Below, in pieces: positions 52,721-64,000 of a stretch of DNA of 64,000 nt. Each line of letters opens with the position of its first letter. Within the stretch, counting starts at the first letter, position 1. A program made the translations under genes and the position numbers. Below the pieces are notes generated by a model. That model was not told the origin of the DNA. It did not search any database and worked only from the letters and a program-made list of their open reading frames with translations. The DNA is from Paraspadella gotoi (Eukaryota; Animalia; Chaetognatha), in contig CM119265.1 of NCBI GenBank assembly GCA_051294375.1, positions 15,719,201-15,783,200 of the forward strand, read 5' to 3'.

Positions 52721-55700
52721 CGATTAATTCCGAATTCTACATTAAAATTAAAAAAAAGAAAAAAAAAAAAAGAAAAAAAAGTCGAATCAATTTTCAAAGC
52801 TGAAAAAAAAAAAAAGAATGTTGGAATAGAGGGATCGCATTGCGACATGAGTACAACAGACAAGGCATACCGAAGATCTTCTAGCTCCGCAGTCCTTGTA
52901 TCGGTCCCTGTTCTTCTGGAACAATGTACAGGTGCGACTAACTCGAGCGCATCCCTCTTAAGTTATCTAAATACATCTCTGTACTGTCCTGTTTCCTGAC
53001 CTACGGACATCGTCATATATAGTCTGCTCACCCTGCGCTCTATACTCGTGCTGAGTGGCTCTCGACTAATACGACTAATCCTCCATCTCTTCTCTTATTC
53101 AATCAGCCGCGCGCTATCATATGGCTAGTGCCTGTGGTGTCAATGTCTGCTAACCTAACACTGTACCTCAGCTAATCCACTCTGATCTTGCCGTTAACAG
53201 TTCGAATACATCTCCTCCAAACTGCTTATCGATACACAAAAACACATTAAAGATGGTCTAGAAATGCAATCACGCGAGAGCGCGACACTATACCTGATGA
53301 GAACACTCTCTATGATGCCCAGATGAGATGTCTCAGAGTCGTGATTAATCTTTTCTCGATGAAATAAGAATCGCTGCCTCAGTGGCGGACAATTATAAGA
53401 ATTTTCTTACTCATCCGTCTAGATATATTTTGAAGACGGCAACGTCTGTAACTACTAATACAATAGCATTGCCAGAGAGCGAGTATTTGTCTATCAGTTA
53501 CTCGTGATACTCGTACGGCGTACTACCCCATGATCGATAAGCCAATACTGCTTCTATCGACTGAGTGCTTGGTGTGATCAATAGCAGTGTTACTTTGTAT
53601 ATTTTTAGATGAACCACGTACTTCGATTAAATTGTTCTGTTACTCATAGATTCGTACCTCACAATGACTCGCGAGTACAGTAATACTCGGCGCTCAAACG
53701 GCGCCCAAACAACGCGCCACACCCTCAAGCTCGGCGAGGGAGCGTTCCTGCTTTTACCGTGCACATATGTTGCTAGTGTCATGCACTGATGTTCCAAATA
53801 TTTTGTGAAACTCTGCGTTGCGAAGGAGACAAATCAGAATCTTATCGGTGACTTATCTCACCTCTATCGCGAATCAAAGCACTCTAATCCGCTCATACAC
53901 CGGCCCAGTGAATTTCTCGTCAACCAAGATAGACTAGGTGATTCCTCCCGCTCGCGACTCTTTACTTTGGACTGTACTCGTGTATCGGAAAGCCACTCGA
54001 TAATGACCTGTTCGCAGTGAGAATAGACAAATCCTCCTCAGATTACAGACCTACTTAGCACTTACACATTATAGTCACAAATAGTGTCATGCGAATCATC
54101 TTCTGTAATAAGCGTGTCGCACCATCCTGACAGGGAGATGAGCTAAATTATGTATCGTCCCTCAGTGTCTCCGAAGAGTTTGGTACCTGCCTCAAACCTC
54201 GCTCGGAATACTGGGACCCTCTCGTGTTCTTCGTCTCGCTCGTCCTCCCCGCTCCTCGTCGTCTGCGTCTGTCCGTTCCTTTACACATTTATGACCTTGA
54301 TCCTCAAGACATATCATGCATCGGCTACTATACTGCTCAATCGTCTATCAGCTAGTATTATACTACTCTGAATGCTCTCTTCATCCACGACTAGAGCCCT
54401 GTCTCTGCACAACCTATCGCCCATCTCGGTGCTTCTCGGGAGCGTATGACTGCCGTCGCAGAAGTGTGTCTCGATTGTTCAGCGTCGAACATCATACCTT
54501 GTGCTTCCCTCACCAACTGACAGTACCGTCCTGGACAGTCGTCACCCTCAAGATACAAGCGCACGTGGTGCACATAGTGCACACAATATCCTATACCAAA
54601 TTAGATGCAACTCGCTCGCCCGTATTGTAATTCCGCTTACCAATCTCTTCAACATTCTTTAAGTAATTTTAAAACGACTCGGCGAATATCTTCCACCAAC
54701 TGACCCATTATATTTTCGGCATTTTCTGTACCGAATAACATTATTCAAATAAACTTCTGGAAGAATGTTTTATTAATTTGAATTTTACCCCCAGTGTTGA
54801 TTTTATGCCGGATTGTTTAGATGGAAGAATCACATGGCTCACAACGCCAGTCCCCTACACGCTATCACACAACTTACCGAAAAAAATAAAACGAGATCAG
54901 CCTCTCGCGACGGCCTGGTCAACAAGTACTCTTTTAGTCGTAGTCTCCACAATACGACGTTCACAATCAATTAACGATCTACTTGCACGTTACCGTGATT
55001 CAAAATGAAAGTCAATTCACATGAAAAAAAGAATAAATCCACTTATATCCCATTTCTCCAATCAGAGTCGAAATCCGATTGGTGGCTTAGGTTCATTAAC
55101 TTCCTCACGTTGTTCATTCTATTCCAATTTGATAAAGACAAAACAAAAAGCTCTAGATGGTGATTTTTGAAAATTTGAATTGTAACTTCTCTATTCTCTA
55201 ATCCGCTATTTTTACAAAATTACCTATTCTACAACGTTCGATTATCCGAAGTATACAACAAAAGCCGCGCCAGTATCCAACATCTATGGAGGATGAAGCG
55301 AACCGAGTCGACTCTGTCCCAAGAGCCTAGGCGCTGACCGCAGCGTCTGAGTGATCCACTCTCGACCGGCGTTCACCTCCTGAAAGAGCGGCGCGGGAAA
55401 TCGCGGCTCTCGATGCCGAACTTTTTGGAGATCGACGTCGCGGAAACGCGTCGCACGAAAGACGCCGAGATTTTGGGTCGCCGACGGACAACGACGACGG
55501 CCGAAGTTGTCCGCCGAACATCGCCTCACGGAATCGGCCTCCAAGTCGACGACGCCACTGCCGGCTCATGAACGCTTGGTTCGGGCACGCCTGGAAGCAG
55601 CGTTTTAATTTTGGCTCCGACAGTGTTTTTAAACAGCTAATGGGGTGTGGTCGCGTTCGAACTCGCGGCTTTAGCGCGAACTTACCTTTCTAGGCGAATG

Positions 55701-57891
55701 GGACAAGGACTTGGATACGTGAGAGGGAAATAAGTATGCCCGTCCCCTGGCGCGCTAGCGCGCAACCCTGACCTTTCCAGACGAACCTCAGGGGTCTGCG
55801 CTCTTTCTTACTAATTTTTTTAATGAGAGGTTCCAAACTCTTTTAAATCTTTTCCTTTTTCCTCACTCTACTACAAACGAATCTCAGGATTCGGTCCTCC
55901 GAGCCGCCCGCCAATGGACTTCCCTTCTCGTTTCAACGATCCAAGATCGACGCCGCGTTCAAACACGCAGCGCCCTGAATTCGTGTCGGTCATAAGAATA
56001 TACAGTGCCAACCTTTTCCATCCTCAATCTGAGCTTTTGGTAAGTATCCCGACTTCTACACACTTCCGGTGCAACGTCACCAGCCCGACGAGGGTTGCGC
56101 ATTCACCCCAGCGAAGAATGGGCTCGAAGCATTGTCGCAACCTCTTACAGGAGCGTTGTGTTGACGGTCCGCGCTCTAATCGACGGTATACTAAGTTTGA
56201 TCCATCTGTTTGGAAAAGCGTTTGTCTGTTCTGCGCGAAATCCAACACTGGATTTGCCTCTGGCGGATTTGAAAAAAAAAAGAGTATCATCTTGTTCCTT
56301 CTTGTCTTTCTTTTCTCGACTTTTAAAACAGAACAAAGAAAACCGTTTCAAAAATTTTTACAATTTCTTTTCTGCTATATCGCGATAGCCAGATTCAATT
56401 TAATCCCTCACAATACCCTGTGGAGACATTCGTGCGTCGTTACGAGCTTTCTTCATCACGAGCTCTAGCGCTTTGCTTAACAAAAACAAACCCAGAACCC
56501 CTCGCTAAACGAAAGGGCACACTCACGATTACAGCCTACGCGTCCATAGGCTAGGTCTACACCACTCCTTAAATCCCGGACGTTCTCTAGGCACGCTTCG
56601 CACGCACTAGCCGAAACTAGGGCTAGCACGAATCCCCGGGCGAGCATTTTTCGCGAATAAAAGAACTCATAATGATATGATCAAACGGTTTATTATTTAA
56701 AATAAAACAATCGTCTCGCCATTTTATGTTTCAAACGACCTACTGGCGGAATTTTATCACGAAGGAAGTATTTATACTCGCCCCGGCCTTTTGGCGACGG
56801 CGGGAAAGAAGGTCGGAAGTCACTTACAATAAAAAAGAGGAATTGAGTGTCTACCTTCTTACCTCTAAAGGCAATATCATAATTAACAACCAAAGAATTA
56901 ACCATAATTCCCTAGCAACATCAAATCACTTAACGGAACGGTTAATTTTTCAACTTCTTTCCTTATTGATTTCCTCAAATTTTATTCTTATGTTGTCTCA
57001 CGTCGGTCCAATCCCGACACGGGGGCGAAAAAACCAAACCCCCCCCGCGGGGGTGGGGACGAGGTCTGCTCCCCTCCGGCGACCATTTCTTTCCCCCCCG
57101 CCCCCCCCCGCAAGGGGGACTCGTCATGTCGAAAGGGTGACGTTCGACGAAGGACGAAACTAAAATCGAAGCCCCTTTAAACCACACCCATTCCTCCGAC
57201 GCGCGGAGGCCGTGACGGGTTCGACTTGCGTTCAGATTCTGTTGTCAGTTTTCTCTTGAACGTTTTCCTATTTTCATTAATAACGATTATTTATAAAAAG
57301 GATTTCAAGATTCGATACATAGATATTGTTCATTGTTAAAAGCAAACGAGGAGGAATATTATACTTTAGACTTAACTAAGCACTTAAAAAAAACTATATT
57401 AGAAGAAAAAACTCTTCTTTCTCGGCACGCTCCTTGACTCCTAATACTTTGATCTTATGAGAAGAAAATCAAAGTCAAAGCTAAACAGTGAAACCGGCGG
57501 CCAAACAAACTCCATCCTTTATAAATTTTTTTATGGATCCTAATAAAATGAGAACCGGCTTTGTCATTTATGAGGCGTATAGGAAAGCAAATGCATTCCG
57601 AAATGATGCGGTTTATCATGCGTAATTATCTCTTCGAAATTAATTTCACACCGAGACTCGAATCTTGGTTCCGATTCGTGAGATCGCGACAACAAAGAAA
57701 CGAAGCGACTCGAAATCACTCTCTTCGACTTTGGACGAGGTCATCAGCGCCTCTGGGTGAGACGCCCAATGAGTTTTTGAAGACTCGACAACGACGACGA
57801 CGACGACAACAAACCGAGTAGGCGCCCTTAATGCAAATTCTATGGTAAAGAAACGAAGACTAAAAATAAACTGGGTAGAGAGAAAGGGCTT

Positions 57892-57937
<46 letters not shown>

Positions 57938-60364
57938 TATCGGGTCTCTTTTGGGGCGTCATTGTCGTCATCCGGCGACTTTCATTGGCTGGAGTCGCCC
58001 TCAGGTCATGGATATCGGACAAAATGTCAGGTGGAATCGACAGCCGAGCATCATTCGTCGAATAACGATTTTCTAGCAGGGGGTGTTGCATCGTCCTTTT
58101 CAATCGATGACTATGACGTGACTACTAACTTTCTTCATTTTTGCGTGAATGAGTCAAGACTATTTTTTTTCCTAATCTTCTCCTTCTCTCAACTTTTCTT
58201 CTTTCAAAAAAAAAAAAAAAAACACACAAAAAAACCACCCACATGGTTTTTTGAGCCAATTCTTTCTTCCTTCTCTCCCACGAACTCTGACTCTCTCCAC
58301 TCTCTCCCTCTCGATTATATTCACTTTCCGTTCCTCATAGATTAAGTAACCAGATTCGCCAGCTCCACGCGCGATTATGATAACTCGCAACAGTATATTT
58401 TTCTTCGCGGCGCGCAAAATTGTTCCCTTTTCTCTGGCTCAGAAAATCGAGGCTACTTTACTTTTCTGGCAACATTTTTCGGTCGAAGGGCGTCGAGAAA
58501 CGGCGAGGAAATGCCGGAAGGTGCCGGACGACAATCGGCTTAGGGTCGTCACCTTTCGAGTTTAACACATAAGGATACATAACATAACATCTACATATGC
58601 TCGAAAGATGTATGACTGACTCTTCTATGTTTAATCATATGTGTACCGAACCAATTAATAACGGCTCTCAACTGCACTAAACACAACCTCATGAGTCTTG
58701 CCAGTTAAAACGAGCGTTTTCTCTTTTTGAAGTGATTCCGCTCTGTAGAAAAAGGGAAAAAATCACAATAAAGCCTAAGATGAATTTGAGAAAAACAGAA
58801 ATTCTATGAGAAAAAAAAAAATTCATTTCTCGTTAAAGAATATATCGAGAATGTCATAATTTTTTATTTTTCGTTTTCCAATCTTTCCCACGATTTGTTA
58901 TCAACGAGGAAGCAGCCTGTGGGTTCGTCTCGAAACTCGCAAAAAAAATATTAGTCATCGATTTAATCAATTATCTCGTGTTATGCTAAATCCGTTTATT
59001 TGAGTGGGGAACGAATGAAAAAAAATAAGCATTAAATATCACCGAAAAATGGCATAAATTAATCGGCGAACGCCTCGAATCTACAAACAAACGCTCTTGG
59101 CCGTCGAAATGTCAGCTGAACGAAATTGTGAAGGCGAGAGAAACCGGAGTAATTTATTGAGATTCTGGCCGTGATTCGATACGATCCAACGCGGATCAAC
59201 TAGTGATTAAATCTGATATGTTATATCCTGTGAAGAAGCGGGAAAAAAAGGTGATATAAGTGTTGATTTAAAGTCTTAGTCAAATTTAATATGGATCAGT
59301 AATTATTTTTTTAAGATTGACTAATAGATAAAGAGAGAAAAAAAAAAGGAAAAAGTGAGTCGACGTTACCAGGAGAAAACCGATTCCGACCGATACGGTC
59401 ATCTGATTCATTTCCGATATTCGCGCTAAAAATGAGCGAAAATGGAAAAAATGGGCAAAAAAATGACCGTAAAGAGCAAAAAAGGGCGGAAGGGGTCCAG
59501 CCGGTTCGATCGAGCGGAAAATAAGATGGAGAACGAAAAGGAAAAGAGAGGAAAAAGAAAAAAGAAAAGAAAAGAGTGATACGAAGTATGGAGGAAAATA
59601 TATGCGAGAGAAATGAGATCGGCAGATATTTAAAACGGAATGATTTGGAAGCTCAAATAGTTCAGGCAAAAACGACGACGATAACAAAGACGACAATACA
59701 ACGACGAAGACGACGACGAAGTCTTTTCTACTTTGCGACCCGTAAGGGTCAGCAGGAATGACCATTCGACCATTGGACCTGAAATAAATTGTTATGGCTG
59801 TTGAGTTGTTTCAGTTGACGAAAAAAACCGGGTAAGAAGTCGCTGACTAATGAGGATAAAAAGAAAAGAACATCCAATGTGTTTGCGCCACAGAGACTTT
59901 CTTTTTACGTGTATTTTCCTGTGATCGCTTGACTATATGATATGACATTTATGTATAACAAACGTCTTAGGGCTTATCACGTACTGCATAGGAATTCCGT
60001 TTTTATTTTTTATAGTTTATATAAGATTTCTTTAAAAAAAAAAGGCGGCCCTAGCAGTCGCTTTGATTTGAGGTTTTTCCCTATCATAACAAATAAGCAA
60101 CCAAGGGTAGGCGAATTTTGAGCTTTTTTAATATAAGTTGGACAGACGACCGACCGCCTGACCAGACCGAAAAGTGACTTACAGAGTCGCTTCGCGAGTA
60201 CTCGCATTTTGCTTCATTCTTCGACGCGACCTTTCTTCACTCCCGCCTCCACTATTACGCCCCGTTCCGAGACATGGAGTAATTCGCCCTCGGACGGCAA
60301 AAAGATGGATTTCCGCCTCCGGCAATAAATCATATTCTCTCTCTCTCTCTTTCTTTCTCTCCCT

Positions 60365-60436
<72 letters not shown>

Positions 60437-61307
60437 AACTCTGTCGCGTCATATGTTTAAATTCCCTCCCTTTTTCTCTCTCCATCGAGGTCGCAAATTT
60501 ATTTTCTAAACCTGGTGGCGTCTCATATATTTCATGATCATCATCATCGTCTCCCCTCCTCTCTTATTCGTCGTCATTGTCGTCGTCGTTTTCATCGTCG
60601 CGTTGACCATAAAAATCGCTTTCCTGATTTCAAACAAAAGACGTCTCTTCCACTCAGCGAGTCTGTCTACAGCGAAAATAAGATGTGCACAACTCACCCA
60701 CCGGCGCAGCGCCAACCCCTTTTCGGACTCTCAAAGCCGTACTTATCGAGCGATCGATATGAATTAAAACTAATGCACTACAACGCCATCTCTATTTCAC
60801 ATAGCGGCTTTCTTTCAAACCATCCACAACATCCCCAACCGCCAACCGTCGCCAATGATGGTGTCGCAGCTGGCAAAGTTGGGCGTCGACTTCGTTAAGG
60901 CAGCTTTGATTTTTAGTCACAGAGAATTACATCCGGTTCAAGAACTGGAGACGGAGAAAAACTCGCGGATTAGACTTCGATTGTGAGAGAGTCACAATGA
61001 TGATTTGTCAAGTGATATGATCCTACTCGTATTAAAAATTAAAATTTATTATTCGACCTCGAAGACTTGCATGAATTTTCAAATCAAATCACTACACCAT
61101 AGTCGAGGTGCTCCTCACACAAGCGAATCCTCGCACCCAAGGAGCACCCACCCGAAAGAGGGTCCACCCACGCGCGAAGTCGGTTTTACAAATTCGGGGA
61201 CATGTCTGAGATCATCTTCATCCGAGAAGGGAACTTCTTTTAAGAACTTTTTTTTCCCTAGTTTCTCAGTTTTTTTTTCTCTCTGGAGAATCTGCGGACT
61301 CTCTCTC

Positions 61308-61405
<98 letters not shown>

Positions 61406-62143
61406 AAAATTCTAATATGTTTTCTTCTTTTGAATTTCGTTTCCTTCTCTTTTCGCCTTTGATTCGGATTTCCTTTTGATAATTTCTTGAATGATTTTTT
61501 TTTTTTATAATATAATATCAAAACGAATTCTACTATTGCTTGAGTTGCCCTCCGAAGGATGAGAGTTAAAATATTACGTATACTCTAAATGCTTTATATC
61601 TTGAGTTGTCGATATTTTTAATGACGAAAAAGAGAATACAGCGTTTCGCGCAAGTATGTTTACTAAATAACCAATGTGAAAGTAGAGTTTAAAAAAGGGT
61701 GAATTTCTCGGATCCTGCAACATGAAGTTGAAAACCCGCATCAAATTTGCGAAACAGGCTAAGAGTTTTTTTTTGTGCATAAGTTGGCGATAAAGACTGA
61801 TTGCGGGAGGACGGGAAATTCCCCTCCCCCCCCCGGGCCTCCCCCCCTTCCTTTCCCCTCATTCCGCGCCATTGAATTAAAACCACATTTCTGCGGAGGT
61901 CGATATATTAAGGGGAGGGCCGGCGTATTTATAAGGAAAGGTGGTGTTCATGGTGGTTAAGGTGAGGTGATCAGGGTGGATTGTCGTGGGGGAAAGGTTT
62001 GGTGGTTGTTGGTGGCATATGAGATAAAGAAGAAATAAAAAAAAAAGGAGCGCAGTGAAAGTTCTCGCCGGTCGATGAACTCTCAGGTTTTGAGCTTTCG
62101 TCAGGCAAATGTCGACGACAGATTAAAGATGTCAACTGGGCTT

Positions 62144-62183
<40 letters not shown>

Positions 62184-62931
62184 CGATGATGATGAATGAT
62201 GATGATGATGATGATGATGAATGATGATGATTATGATGATCCTCCGCCTCGTCTCTTTACGGTCTTTTCATACAATTGAAAACATTCTTTGAAATATTTT
62301 CCACTTCATTGATAGGGAAGCCAAGTACTCTGGGAGTGAATAAACTCGACTGTGTGAGAGTCTTGATAGAAGCTTGAGGGTCCTGCTATGTTATTATCTT
62401 GTAAGACTGATGGAGGCCTTAAACCACCAAGCCTGTCCAAAGTCAGGGGCAAGATAGCTTATTTATAAATGAATGGATAATTTTTATATTTCATTGCACC
62501 AACGAACCGTAATTAAGCACTGCTTCCGCAATACACACCGTAATGGAGAATGTCCAGCGCATGAGTTCTTTTTCAGTATGAGATTTCTTTTTAAGCTCAA
62601 TGATGACAGAATAACATTAATATGCAGAGAAGACGCAACTGATTTAGGGACATTATTTAAATGAAAGGCATCACTTTGTATAAAACATAGACATGTAGTG
62701 ACTCAAAAGACGAGGACGACGACCGACGACGACGAAGACGATAAAGACGATAAAGAATTATGACTTGAAATGTTTTTAAAGTTCGAAGTCTATTCTAAAA
62801 AACTTTAAAAACAAAGGCGCGACTGCGGCTGTGTCCGTGACCAATAGAAATGGAATCAGAGATCGTTTTGTTTTTCCCAACCTCGTTTTTCGTTATCGTT
62901 TGATCTCCCGCGAGAGAGAAGAGAGAGAGAT

Positions 62932-62963
<32 letters not shown>

Positions 62964-62988
62964 NNNNNNNNNNNNNNNNNNNNNNNNN

Positions 62989-63023
<35 letters not shown>

Positions 63024-63669
63024 GTTGGGGGCGTGGCTGGCGTCGGAGACGAGAGTAGAGAGACTCATTACGATGAGTAAAAAGAGAGACTCGGTGATGG
63101 ATGGAAGCAACTTGACCCGGGGTTCCAAGTGGATCGCATTTTGGAGAAGGTTTATGGTGAGGTGGAGCGGAGTGGGGGGCGGTGTGAGGTGGAGTGGGAA
63201 GCGGGTGGAGCGAGGTGGAGCGAGAAGAGGGCGGAGTAAGGAACTCGGAGATAACTGGCTTGGATACTGGAGAGAGAGGAAGATGAGGACTCAAGGGGGC
63301 TTAAGTAAGGCGACGAAGAAGCGCATATGATGGAGTTAAGCTGATGAGGGTTAAGTAAAAAAGGAANNNNNNNNNNNNNNNNNNNNNNNNNNNNNNNNNN
63401 NNNNNNNNNNNNNNNNNNNNNNNNNNNNNNNNNNNNNNNNNNNNNNNNNNNNNNNNNNNNNNNNNNNNNNNNNNNNNNNNNNNNNNNNNNNNNNNNNNNN
63501 NNNNNNNNNNNNNNNNNNNNNNNNNNNNNNNNNNNNNNNTCGTCGTCGTCGTCGTCGTCGTCGTCGTTGTTTTAGTCTTGTTATCCGATTCGTTGTCGTA
63601 ATGTGTTTTTGTTTTTGTTAATGCCATCGTCGAGGGGCCAAATCGTAATTTCCGCAGTCGTCGTCGTCG

Positions 63670-63730
<61 letters not shown>

Positions 63731-63834
63731 TATCATCATCATTATCATCAGTAGTTTGATAAACAACATCAACGTAATGTCGTAATGTGTTGCAAATGAT
63801 GGAGTTAAGCTGATGAGGGTTAAGTAAAAAAGGA
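52721..63834 (+). repeat. ~11-kb direct duplicate of ~35845-46250 (noisy at its start, near-identical later)
   Basis: Begins cgattaattccgaattcta as at 35845; colinear throughout, e.g. 39061/57111, 41160-41460/59340-59640, 42540-43060/60510-61030. Confidence 0.95.
54834..56039 (+). pseudogene. Indel-disrupted second copy of the 37181-38236 gene (likely sequence-error copy rather than true pseudogene)
   Basis: atggctcacaacgccagtccc at 54834, ggaggatgaagcg at ~55288 and tttg|gtaagt at 56039, with many 1-3 nt insertions. Confidence 0.7.
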
Positions 63835-64000
63835 ACCCACCTCCCCACCCCTCCACCTCTGCACGGGTACATCGATGGAAGAGCGTCACCGTTTGGGGGG
63901 ATTCGCGGCATCCCGACCCTTAGCCAGCCTGGCCACGCCTCGGCAACGGCTCGGGCAGCCTACCCGCCACGGCGTGGTCGGCCAGCCGGGCTTCGGTACC
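63835..64000 (+). repeat. Copy of ~48225-48390 (exonic part of the GC-rich gene)
   Basis: acatcgatggaagagcgtcaccgtttggggg and ggccagccgggcttcggta shared. Confidence 0.9.

Noticed and set aside
63327-63366. CTGATGAG...GAAAC in the ~410-bp tandem unit, suggesting a hammerhead ribozyme/retrozyme
   Set aside because: The bases between the two motifs (ggttaagtaaaaaaggaaa) cannot form stem II, and no stem III or NUH cleavage site follows

Overview
This is eukaryotic (probably invertebrate animal) genomic DNA. It is AT-rich but CpG-rich and full of (AG)n, (ACG)n and (ATC)n microsatellites, so most long ORFs in the supplied track are translated microsatellites. The main find is absent from the ORF track: an intact three-exon minus-strand gene (10778-10310) for a 93-aa secreted prepropeptide. 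It has a signal peptide, a propeptide ending in a KR site split across an intron, and a 50-aa Trp-rich mature peptide with a six-Cys inhibitor-cystine-knot (knottin) pattern, C-x6-C-x10-CC-x4-C-x11-C. Also present are an 886-bp non-autonomous DNA transposon with TTAA target duplication (Kolobok-like), several spliced genes or exons for Ser/Pro/Arg-rich proteins I cannot name, and mini- and satellite repeats. About a third of the window is duplicated: ~20950-29300 is an insertion-riddled copy of ~16055-20950, and ~52720-63830 is a partly noisy second copy of ~35845-46250. These, and the 25-N gaps beside them, look like long-read gap-filling or uncollapsed-haplotype artefacts. All splicing and alignments were done by eye; no searches were run.
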